From the NCBI GenBank assembly GCA_038213435.1, contig JBBQTI010000010.1:3930-67929 (forward strand): a DNA stretch of 64,000 nucleotides. Direction: 5' to 3'. The notes beneath the pieces are model-generated. The model did no database searches. It was not told the origin of the DNA and worked only from the letters and a program-made list of their open reading frames with translations. Positions 9,284-16,951 of the stretch are shown here, piece after piece; the stretch's first letter is position 1, and each line of letters opens with the position of its first letter. This DNA comes from Acidimicrobiia bacterium (GTDB lineage: Bacteria; Actinomycetota; Acidimicrobiia; IMCC26256; PALSA-610). The translations under genes and the position numbers were made by a program.

Positions 9284-9631
9284 TCTTCGCGAGCCTAGAG
9301 AGTCCCCGATACGACATCCCCGCCCAGCGTGGCGCCCAACCCGAGCTCCGCCGCGACGTCGGCCGATCCCTCCATGAATAGCCACATGTCGCAAATTCTG
9401 CCCAGTTCTGCCAGTCCGAGCAGATTTGCGGTGATCTCTCGGTCCGGGGCTGCCGATAGAAACATGGGTGCCGGTATCTCACCCTGTTGCTGGCCTTCCC
9501 GGATGACGTCCCGATCGTCGGGCGCCGGCTTGGGAGACCTGGTCAGCAGATCGTACGTACAAGGGCCAATCCCCCCTGCCGCGCGGTGCTGTTGTTGGCG
9601 ATGCCTTGCTACGTACGAGACGAGCTCTCTC

Positions 9632-10705
9632 ATGACACATCGCGTTGCCCTTGCACGCCGGAGCGGAGTGGCAGTGATCGCGCTCGCTTTGGCGTCGGCG
9701 ATCTTCCTCGTGTTCGCGCACACCGCCGGCGCGGCGATCGTGACGAACGTTCCGATGGGGAGCACCCTTGTGACCTATTCGGTGCTCGCGGGCCAGACGG
9801 TCACCAACGCGGGGAACAGCACGATGCCTCTGAATCTCGGCGTGTCGCCGGGGTCGGCGATCGTGGGCTTCGACCAACCCGGAGGCCCCGGGACGGTAGG
9901 ACCTCCCGGAACGATCGACAACGCCGCGGCCGCGCAGGCGCAGCTCGAGCTGACCACCGCGTACGACAACGCCCACCTCCGGACGACGCTCACCGCGACC
10001 ACCGGCAACAATCTCGTGGGCACCCTGCAGGGCGGCATTTACCACGCCAGCGCCAGGGGACCGCTCCTTATCAACGGGACGCTGACGCTCGACGGGAACA
10101 ACGACCCGAACACGGTCTTCATCTTCCAGACGGACTCGACGCTCACGACCGCGTCGAGCAGCGTCGTCAGCTTGATCAACGGCGCCCAGGAGTGCAACGT
10201 CTACTGGCAGATCCTGAGCTCCGCGAACCTGGGGAGCAGCTCGACGTTCGTCGGCAACATCCTCGCCCTGACGACGATCACGATGCAGGACAGCGTGACG
10301 GTGCACGGCCGCGCCCTCGCCCGCAACGGTGAGGTGACGTTGATCAACGACCACTTCACCACGCCGACCTGCGCGACGAGTCTTCCGACGACGACGAGCA
10401 CGCCGGGTGGTGCCGTCACGACGTCGACCGCCGCGGGCGGCGATGGCGTCACCACGTCGACCGCGCCCGGCGGGGGCGGGGGCGTCACCACGTCGACCCC
10501 TGCGGGTGGCGGTGGCGTGACGACGACATCCCTCGGCCTCACCGTCGGCATCGTCGGTCCGCCTCGGACCGGTGTCGCACCGTTGCCTTCCGGCGGCTTC
10601 TCTTGGCCGGCGGTGTTGTCCGCGGGCGTCGGGGCGACGGCGACCGCAGGTGCGCTCGCGCGACGCCGGCTGCACGCGCGCCGCGCGGCGCGTGCGGAGC
10701 AGTGA
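9632..10705 (+). CDS. DUF3494 / ice-binding-fold surface protein with C-terminal sorting-type signal
   Basis: It has a signal peptide and a typical DUF3494 beta-solenoid pattern ('TVFIFQTDSTLTT..NGAQECNVYWQILSSANLG..FVGNILALTTITM..VHGRALARNGEVTL'). A 4x G(n)VTTST linker follows, then a hydrophobic segment and an RRRLHARR tail. Confidence 0.75.
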   Translation: MTHRVALARRSGVAVIALALASAIFLVFAHTAGAAIVTNVPMGSTLVTYSVLAGQTVTNAGNSTMPLNLGVSPGSAIVGFDQPGGPGTVGPPGTIDNAAAAQAQLELTTAYDNAHLRTTLTATTGNNLVGTLQGGIYHASARGPLLINGTLTLDGNNDPNTVFIFQTDSTLTTASSSVVSLINGAQECNVYWQILSSANLGSSSTFVGNILALTTITMQDSVTVHGRALARNGEVTLINDHFTTPTCATSLPTTTSTPGGAVTTSTAAGGDGVTTSTAPGGGGGVTTSTPAGGGGVTTTSLGLTVGIVGPPRTGVAPLPSGGFSWPAVLSAGVGATATAGALARRRLHARRAARAEQ

Positions 10706-10721
10706 GCCGCCGTCGGCGTCA

Positions 10722-11462
10722 ATGAGACGGCACGCGCTGGGCGGGATCCTGCTCACGATCCTGCTGATCGCGACCACCGCGTCCGTGGCGGGTTGCGCAC
10801 GTTCGGAGCGACAATCGACCGCGCCGGCCCCGGCGACCGTGGCGAGCTCTGATCCGCCCCCGCGCGCGGCAACCGTTCGACGTCGGCCGGCGCCAGACCC
10901 GCCCGTTCCGGCCGCGCTCTTCTCCTCCGGCCTCGACGTGCGGGCCGGACCGGTGCCGGTGCCGTTGAAGCTGCAGATCCCGTCGCTGAACGTCGATGCG
11001 TCCGTGCTCGGCGTAGGCGTCACGCCGGGCGACGTGATGGACGCGCCGGAGGGCCCCGTCAACGACCGGGTTTGGCAGGAGGCCTTCTGGTACCGGGGCA
11101 GCGCGGTTCCCGGGGTGGTCAGCACGGCATTGATCGCTGGACACATCGACGGCCCTCGTGGGACCGACGCCGTGTTCGGTCACATCGACCGTCTGCGTTC
11201 CGGCGATGCGATCATCATTCACGACACGCGCAGCGGGCTCGACGTTCGGTTCGGCGTCACGGGCTCGACGAGCTTCTCGCTCGACGAGACGGCCGACAAG
11301 AGCGTCCTGACCCGGATCTACGGCGTCGGTCCGGTCGCGGGCACCACGCCCCAACGCTCGGCCGACGGCCTCGCCCACTTGACGCTCGTCACGTGTGCCG
11401 GGACCTTCAGGAACGGCACCCACGACCACCGGTTGGTGGTCTTCGCCACTCGCATCGCCTGA
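10722..11462 (+). CDS. class F-type sortase
   Basis: N-terminal anchor/lipobox (SVAGC), 'ALIAGHID' and catalytic 'HLTLVTCAG' (TLxTC) are present. It lies 17 nt downstream of its likely substrate gene. Confidence 0.8.
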   Translation: MRRHALGGILLTILLIATTASVAGCARSERQSTAPAPATVASSDPPPRAATVRRRPAPDPPVPAALFSSGLDVRAGPVPVPLKLQIPSLNVDASVLGVGVTPGDVMDAPEGPVNDRVWQEAFWYRGSAVPGVVSTALIAGHIDGPRGTDAVFGHIDRLRSGDAIIIHDTRSGLDVRFGVTGSTSFSLDETADKSVLTRIYGVGPVAGTTPQRSADGLAHLTLVTCAGTFRNGTHDHRLVVFATRIA

Positions 11463-11479
11463 CACTCGGCGTACGGCGC

Positions 11480-11821
11480 TCAGCCGCTCTCGGCACCGTT
11501 CGCCTCGGGTCGAGTCTCCGCGACGACCCAGTCGCCATATGCCTCGAGTCCTCCGGTGATGTCGCAGGCGACGATCTCGGGGATCTCGTACGGATGCCGA
11601 ATTCGTATGTGCTCGGTCACGTCCATGACGCGCTCGGGCGTGGTCTTGCAAAGGAACAGCCACTCCTGCGCGTCGTTGATCGATCCTCGCCACCAGTAAC
11701 GACTCGTGACCGGACCGATCGTCTGCGCGCACGCGATGAGATGCTCGGTCAACAGGTCCACGACGATCGCGTTGCCCTGCACGATGTCGTCGATCGCGAA
11801 CTGCACTTGCACACTTCTCAC
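11480..11821 (-). CDS. cutA: divalent-cation tolerance protein CutA
   Basis: 113 aa from GTG 11821. 'ACAQTIGPVTSRYWWRGSI...EWLFLCKT...HPYEIPEIVA' is the CutA1 signature pattern. The track ORF (to 12322) is over-extended. Confidence 0.8.
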   Translation of the reverse strand: MRSVQVQFAIDDIVQGNAIVVDLLTEHLIACAQTIGPVTSRYWWRGSINDAQEWLFLCKTTPERVMDVTEHIRIRHPYEIPEIVACDITGGLEAYGDWVVAETRPEANGAESG

Positions 11822-11835
11822 CAAGGCGGCGTCAG

Positions 11836-12585
11836 CTAGCGCGCAACGCGCGCGAACACGAGATCTTCGGCGCGTGCCGTCCGGATCGACCACGAAACGG
11901 TAAGCACGACGGCACTGATGGTGATCGCGAGGCTGACGAGGCTTCTCACGGCAACGAATGTCGGCGTCGACAGGAGCACGAGCAACGAGAACGTGGTCGC
12001 CGCGCTCAGGAGATGAACGCCGGCCCATAACAGCGTGAGGCCGCTGAACAGGCGGACCACGCCCGGACGGCACGCGATCTCGGGCGCAAGCGGGCAGAAG
12101 TCGGATGCCATACGCGCGATCATCGGGCGACCGAACATCAGGGATCCGAAGAAGACGAGCGCGAGCGCGAGCGTCGTTGCGACCGGCTGCAAGAAGTACA
12201 TGAACGTGCCGCTGAGAATGCCGACGATGGTGCGCACCGTCAGCCCGATGACCGCGAGCTGAAGCACGCCCGGAACCCCGTGGCCGCCGAGCAGCCGGCG
12301 CAACACCGCTCCGTACGACCACGTCAAGACGGCGAGCATCGCGGGAGTCGGTCCGAGCGTCACGAAGAACACGTACAAGAGGATCGCGGGGATGATTGTC
12401 GCCTCGATCAGCGAGGGCAGCGAGCGACGCCCGACGACTTCGAGAACGCGCAGCTTCGACACCGACGAAGCTGCATGACGATCGCCGGACGGAGCGGCGA
12501 CGAGCATCGGCCGATCAACCACTCCGTGAACGGGAATCTCGCCGCGAATTGGCCCGGGCGAATCGACGACGAGCGAACCGTCCAT
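11836..12585 (-). CDS. integral membrane protein, unknown function
   Basis: 249 aa with about 5-6 hydrophobic helices and high GC3. It is co-directional with cutA. Confidence 0.6.
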   Translation of the reverse strand: MDGSLVVDSPGPIRGEIPVHGVVDRPMLVAAPSGDRHAASSVSKLRVLEVVGRRSLPSLIEATIIPAILLYVFFVTLGPTPAMLAVLTWSYGAVLRRLLGGHGVPGVLQLAVIGLTVRTIVGILSGTFMYFLQPVATTLALALVFFGSLMFGRPMIARMASDFCPLAPEIACRPGVVRLFSGLTLLWAGVHLLSAATTFSLLVLLSTPTFVAVRSLVSLAITISAVVLTVSWSIRTARAEDLVFARVAR

Positions 12586-12687
12586 GTCTGCACGACCGAT
12601 CAGAGGCCCGGTCGGCGAACCATCTGCCCGGCGAAGAAGCCACCTTCATTGTATCCCCCGGGAACGCGATGCCTGACGGCCGGTGGA

Positions 12688-13116
12688 TCAGCCTCTTCCT
12701 CCGACGGAGGCCTTCCGACGAGCAGACGAATCCTTACGCGCGCGGCCGTCGGCCTTGATCGTCCGGGGGCGTGATTTCGATGCCACGAGGAGGTTGAGCA
12801 CTTCGCCGACGGTGCGCTCGCGGCCGGTGGAGTCGGGAAGCGGCATGTGGCGCTGGATCGAGTACCGGTTGCGGCGTCCGTCGCGTTCTTTCAACACGTA
12901 GCCGGCCTCGGTCAGGTCGGCGACGATGGCAAAGGCGCTTCGTTCGGTGATGCCGAGGGCCTCCGCCATATCGCGCAGTCGCAGCCCGGGATCGTGCGCG
13001 ATGCAGAGCAGCACGCGGGCATGGTTCGTGAGGAAGCTCCACTGGGCCACAGGGGCGACTCTAGCAATCAGTTTCCGGTATTCGAGTGCTACGATCCGGG
13101 GAGTGCGGCGGGGCAA
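12688..13116 (-). CDS. winged helix-turn-helix transcriptional regulator (MarR/ArsR-like)
   Basis: 'WSFLTNHARVLLCIAHDPGLRLRDMAEALGITERSAFAIVADLTEAGYVLKERDGRRNRYSI' is the HTH region. It has a basic C-terminal tail. The start is TTG at 13116; an alternative GTG lies at 13050. Confidence 0.7.
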   Translation of the reverse strand: MPRRTPRIVALEYRKLIARVAPVAQWSFLTNHARVLLCIAHDPGLRLRDMAEALGITERSAFAIVADLTEAGYVLKERDGRRNRYSIQRHMPLPDSTGRERTVGEVLNLLVASKSRPRTIKADGRARKDSSARRKASVGGRG

Positions 13117-13123
13117 CCGTTAA

Positions 13124-13148
13124 CCCGCCTCCCGCTCCAAGAGGCGGG
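13124..13148. promoter_or_regulatory. perfect 8-bp-stem inverted repeat (CCCGCCTC-N9-GAGGCGGG) in a divergent intergenic region
   Basis: Read directly from the sequence. It lies between the wHTH regulator start and the ATG at 13173, so it is a candidate operator or 5'-UTR hairpin. Confidence 0.4.
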
Positions 13149-13172
13149 GAAAGGGAAAGTGGCAAGCGCCTG

Positions 13173-13478
13173 ATGCGATATCTCTACACGGTCGACGACG
13201 ACCAACTATTCGCGTACGCGCCCGGCCGGCGCGACTTCTTCCGCGCCGGCGACGACGGTCTCTGGGCGCACGAGTCACACGGCTGGCTCGTGGCCGCGGA
13301 ATCCGGTGAGACCTTGGCGCACCGAACCGGAGACGTGTACTACGGCGCCGTTGACGGCGAGCGCCTGTACCGCGTGACCGCGGATCGGGTGCCCGAGGTG
13401 GAAATGAACGGGTCGGGCACAGATCAGAGACCACGACCTCGGCGCGCGACCCATCGGGTTGTCCGTTCGCGACATTGA
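13173..13478 (+). CDS. small hypothetical protein
   Basis: ATG is preceded by the purine-rich GGGGAAAGGGAAAG. 101 aa, no recognisable family. Confidence 0.4.
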   Translation: MRYLYTVDDDQLFAYAPGRRDFFRAGDDGLWAHESHGWLVAAESGETLAHRTGDVYYGAVDGERLYRVTADRVPEVEMNGSGTDQRPRPRRATHRVVRSRH

Positions 13479-13557
13479 GAGCTCCCCGCGCAACGGTGCT
13501 GGAGTCGAACCGCATCTGCTGCGTACCCCGTAAGCAACGAGAAGAAGGAGTCCGCGA

Positions 13558-13833
13558 ATGAACGCCGACCGCGGAAGTCTCGAGCGAAGCGTCGCGCGAC
13601 TCGCCTCCGAGCGCACCACGCTCTTCAATCGCTCCGGCACCAGTTTCGGCCTGTCCGCCGTGGACCAGAACCGGCTGCGCGTCGTCGAGCGCGAGCTCGA
13701 CGAGTGCTTCGGCGCGCTGCGCGAGATGCGCGCGATCCGAGACGCGAGCCGGTTCAGCCGCGAGGACCCCGTCGTTCGGCGCGCGATCACACGAAACGGC
13801 GAAACGCCGACAAGTTCCCGAAGGGCTACCTGA
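13558..13833 (+). CDS. DUF2630-like small protein
   Basis: RBS GAAGGAG is present. 'LRVVERELDECFGALREMRAIRDA..FSREDP' resembles the DUF2630 'LE.ELDQCWDLLRQRRA...GEDP' pattern. Confidence 0.5.
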   Translation: MNADRGSLERSVARLASERTTLFNRSGTSFGLSAVDQNRLRVVERELDECFGALREMRAIRDASRFSREDPVVRRAITRNGETPTSSRRAT

Positions 13834-14170
13834 GCGAGCGAGGTGGCCGGGTCCGCGGGCGCGATCACCACGCCTTCAACCTGGGCTGTGGGTATGCGGC
13901 GATCACCGGCCGGAAGTGCGACGGCCGGTGAGCGGCGGTTGGCGCAGTGGATGCTCGACGTCGGCACGCCGCCGGCGCGGGTTTTCGAGCTCCTTGCGGG
14001 AGCCGCAGGTATCGCGCACGGGGCACGCGTCATCCGGACGTTGGACTTCGCAGCCGAGGTGCCCGCAACCGAGCCGCCTGTCCGCGAGCTCCTGCGCCTC
14101 GCCTCTTGAGTCGGGTGGGTCGGTGCGTGCGGTGCGCCCGGCGTCCTGAGCGGTCGCCCGTAACGAGACT

Positions 14171-14464
14171 TCAGCTCGGAACCGCGCCCGCGCGACGCCG
14201 CTGACGGAGAATGCGGCGTCGTTCGCGCTCGGAGGCGCCGCCCCAGACGCCTTGCTCGATGCGGTGTTGCAGCGCGTATTCGAGGCACTCGTTCTGCACG
14301 GGACAGCCACGACAGATCCGCTGAGCGGCTTCGACGCCGAGACCGTTGCACGGGAAGAACGCCCGCGTGTCCGCGCCTCGGCAACTTCCCTCCAGCATCC
14401 ACGCGTATTCGTCGGGAACCTGGTTCACGTTGCGCAACCTGTCGGGCGACCATCCGGGCCGCAT
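14171..14464 (-). CDS. WhiB-family (Wbl) Fe-S transcriptional regulator
   Basis: 97 aa from ATG 14464. It has the Cys-X23-Cys-X2-Cys-X5-Cys pattern ('GSC...ICRGCPVQNEC'), the 'GVWGG' turn and a basic tail. Confidence 0.85.
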   Translation of the reverse strand: MRPGWSPDRLRNVNQVPDEYAWMLEGSCRGADTRAFFPCNGLGVEAAQRICRGCPVQNECLEYALQHRIEQGVWGGASERERRRILRQRRRAGAVPS

Positions 14465-14541
14465 TGGTGCTCGGGGCCCGCTGTGGTCAGGCGGGCCGTC
14501 GTCGGAGTTCGCGGGAAGGGCCGTCAGTGAGGGGATTGGGG

Positions 14542-14599
14542 CTCGGTCTCGGTCGGCCCTCTGCGGGGCGGGTTGCGGGGTAACCGACCGAGATCCGAG
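14542..14599. repeat. imperfect inverted repeat (15 bp, one bulged T) with a 27-nt G-rich spacer
   Basis: CTCGGTCTCGGTCGG (14542-14556) pairs with CCGACCGAGA(T)CCGAG (14584-14599). It lies in the 322-nt gap between the divergent WhiB genes. Confidence 0.5.
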
Positions 14600-14786
14600 A
14601 CCTGGCGGGCAGTATCCCGGTCGTCGATGAAAGTCGGCTGTGAACGAGGTGAGGAAAATGTGGAGGCTCGATGGCATGCCCTGGTCACGGGTGCTTGTGG
14701 ACTCCGAGCGCGTTTATCAACAAGCAAGTCACACCCTTGTCCTCTTCCTCCCCACAGCCGGCGCGGCGGACAATCGCAGGTATGCG

Positions 14787-15092
14787 ATGCGCTTCGAGGC
14801 CGGTGTGACACCGAGCCCGCCGGTGACCGAACACGACCTCGCGCCGGCGTGGCAGGAGCGCGCCGAATGCGCGCACTACGCGGGTCGGGTCGACTTCTTC
14901 CCCGGGCGCGGCGAGTCGGTGCGCGACGCAAAGGCGGTATGCACGATCTGCCCGGTCAAGAACGAGTGCCTCGAGTTCGCGATGCGGTTGAAGGTCGGGC
15001 ACGGTGTGTGGGGCGGTCTCAGTGAACGAGAACGGCGCTCCCTTCGTCGCGAGCGGCATCGCGACGCGATCGGCCAGCGAGCTCCGCGCTGA
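14787..15092 (+). CDS. WhiB-family (Wbl) Fe-S transcriptional regulator
   Basis: 'AECAHY...AVCTICPVKNEC...HGVWGGLSERERR' is present. The start is chosen at ATG 14787 (101 aa); the track ORF begins at 14640. Confidence 0.8.
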   Translation: MRFEAGVTPSPPVTEHDLAPAWQERAECAHYAGRVDFFPGRGESVRDAKAVCTICPVKNECLEFAMRLKVGHGVWGGLSERERRSLRRERHRDAIGQRAPR

Positions 15093-15496
15093 CACGCAGG
15101 TCTACGCGCGCCGAATGGCGTTCACCGTCATCGCAGCACGCGTAGGTCGAGAACGAGGAGCGCGGGGTGAACGTCGACGTGACCGGGCCCGGGGGTGTCG
15201 CCACGGCGTTGTTGACGGCGTTCGGCCGGCACACCAGGTCGTCGCGCGTTACATGGTCAACGGCAGGGTGGTCGCAGAGAAGCGCCTCGCCTGCAGCCCG
15301 TACGCCTGATCGGCCTGATTCCTCTGATTCGTCGACGATGCGTCGAGGCCTGATCTCGGGATAACGGCGGCCCGTTGACGCGCCGGCGCCGGTGTGACGC
15401 GCGGGTCACGCGCTCGTCACATCGGCCCGACGACGGTGGTGGCGACGGCCTCGCACACCGCGCGAGACCCGAAATCGCGCCGAAGGTCTTGTTGCC

Positions 15497-16093
15497 ATGA
15501 CAGCCGCAATCGCCCCGAATCTCACCGACGCACGCAGCCCCCAAGCCCAGACTCCGGCCGCCGCCGTGGCTCGCCGAAACGCACTTGTCGAAGAGGCGAT
15601 CCCCCTGGCCAAATTGATCGTCGGTACCTACTGCCGGGATCACGGAATCTTCGGTCTTCGTGAGGAGATCGAGGCCGAGGCGTTGGCCGGGTTGCTGAAC
15701 CTCGCCGATACCTACCGGCCGGCGTCGCCGTGGCTCAAGTACGTGAACCGCAATCTGAAGTTTCGCCTCATCGATGCGATGCGCAAAAGGTCGGGGCGAA
15801 CGAGTGGGAAGAATTACGAGCGACGGTCGAACATCAACGACGCGGACGTGCTCGACCTGCGGCTCGAAACGATCGGCCACGGGGATCCCGCGTTCGCCGA
15901 GATCGAGGTGGCCGACGCGTTCGAGTTCGCGACCAAGAAGATGCCGCAGCGCACGAGGTGGATCATCTCCCAGCGCATGGCCGGCGTGAAGATGGATGAG
16001 ATCGGCGCCGAGCTCGGGATCTCGGAGTCGCGAGTCAGCCAGATCCTGTTCGAGATCCGTCCGGAGTTGGAGCGCGTGCTGGTCGGTCTCTGA
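15497..16093 (+). CDS. sigma-70 family RNA polymerase sigma factor (compact, regions 2 and 4)
   Basis: The region-4.2 HTH is 'MDEIGAELGISESRVSQILFEI' and the region-2-like segment is 'EAEALAGLLNLADTYRP...WLKYVNRNLKFRLIDAMR'. 198 aa. Confidence 0.75.
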   Translation: MTAAIAPNLTDARSPQAQTPAAAVARRNALVEEAIPLAKLIVGTYCRDHGIFGLREEIEAEALAGLLNLADTYRPASPWLKYVNRNLKFRLIDAMRKRSGRTSGKNYERRSNINDADVLDLRLETIGHGDPAFAEIEVADAFEFATKKMPQRTRWIISQRMAGVKMDEIGAELGISESRVSQILFEIRPELERVLVGL

Positions 16094-16114
16094 CGAGTCG
16101 TCCGTGTCCTATTT

Positions 16115-16148
16115 TTGTCGGTGCTACGCGGGCTTGTCGGTGCTACGC
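16115..16148. repeat. perfect 15-bp direct repeat TTGTCGGTGCTACGC x2 (4-nt spacer)
   Basis: Copies lie at 16115-16129 and 16134-16148. Copy 1 contains the SARP stop codon. The repeat sits in the convergent sigma/SARP junction. Confidence 0.9.
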
Positions 16149-16951
16149 CTGCCGAGGCTCGTGACGAGGTCGGAGATGTGCGCCGTCGGCTCGAGGCTGA
16201 GCTCGGTGTTGAGCAGGGTTCTATAGCGTTCGAACTGACCCAGCGCTTCCGTCTGGTTCCCTTCGGCGAGGAACACGCGGATCAACGCCGCGTGGGAGGT
16301 TTCTCGAAGCGGCTCGCCCCGGATCGCGGCTTGCGCCGCCGCGATCGCTTCGGCCCATCGACCTTCCGCGGCCAGGTGATCGGCCATTGCCTCGAGCGCG
16401 TGTAGGCGGAGCTGGCGCCACTCCGCGGTCTCGATCAGCACCCAGTCCTCGTACCAATCGGGAAGGAGATCGGCCGACAACGAGGCGACGGCCGCGGCCG
16501 TCGTCTCGGGCGCCAGGTGAGGGGCGTCGGGTTCGAGCAAGCGGTGCGCGAACCGCTTCGATTCGCGGATGTCGACGACGACTCCCGATGCGAGGTTCAG
16601 GTCGAGATCGGCGACGTCGACCGCGGCGCGGGCTTCGCCGCGGAGTCGCGTCAGCGCCGAACGCAGGCTCGCCGACGCGTGCTGCTCGGTGGAGTCCGGC
16701 CACAACGTGCCCGCAATCATGAGTCGGGTCACGGACCGATCTCTGAGCGCGAGAAGCGCGAGCAGTCGTTGGGATCCGCTCGGCAGAGGAGGCGCGGTGT
16801 CGCCGGCGCGGAATTGGAAGCTGCCCAGCACCGAGAGCGTGAGGTCCTCGCCGGCCTTGCGGACGAACGCGACGTCGAGCTTGTCGCTCACGGCGCGCTC
16901 GGCACGGGGGCCAGGTTCCGGTCCGGATGAACCGAGATCCTCTTGCATCAT
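16124..16951 (-). CDS. SARP (AfsR/DnrI-type) transcriptional regulator with BTAD domain
   Basis: The OmpR-like wHTH region is 'LSVLGSFQF..LPSGSQRLLALLAL..'. The BTAD region is 'LLPDWYEDWV...LRLHALEAMADHLAAEGRWAEAIAAAQAAIRGEPLRE.SHAALIRVFLAEGNQTEAL..YRTL'. ATG 16951 overlaps the upstream stop (ATGA). Confidence 0.8.
   Translation of the reverse strand: MMQEDLGSSGPEPGPRAERAVSDKLDVAFVRKAGEDLTLSVLGSFQFRAGDTAPPLPSGSQRLLALLALRDRSVTRLMIAGTLWPDSTEQHASASLRSALTRLRGEARAAVDVADLDLNLASGVVVDIRESKRFAHRLLEPDAPHLAPETTAAAVASLSADLLPDWYEDWVLIETAEWRQLRLHALEAMADHLAAEGRWAEAIAAAQAAIRGEPLRETSHAALIRVFLAEGNQTEALGQFERYRTLLNTELSLEPTAHISDLVTSLGRRSTDKPA

Noticed and set aside
9295-9465. A 56-codon minus-strand ORF (MFLSAAPDREITANLLGLAELGRICDMWLF...) in a locally lower-GC patch just upstream of the GH30 gene.
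   Set aside because: Its codon usage is atypical (many A/T-ending codons) and no family is recognised. The patch is more simply the shared promoter region of the divergent GH30 and DUF3494 genes.
10412-10530. DNA-level repeats (GTCACSACGTCGACC x3-4), considered as an independent repeat element.
   Set aside because: They are in frame within the DUF3494 gene and encode the G(n)VTTST linker. This is a coding repeat, not a separate feature.
13894-14109. A 71-codon plus-strand ORF (MRRSPAGS...RELLRLAS) between the DUF2630 gene and the WhiB gene.
   Set aside because: GC3 is moderately high, but there is no RBS, no recognisable family, and overlapping alternative frames are equally open. The evidence is insufficient to call it.
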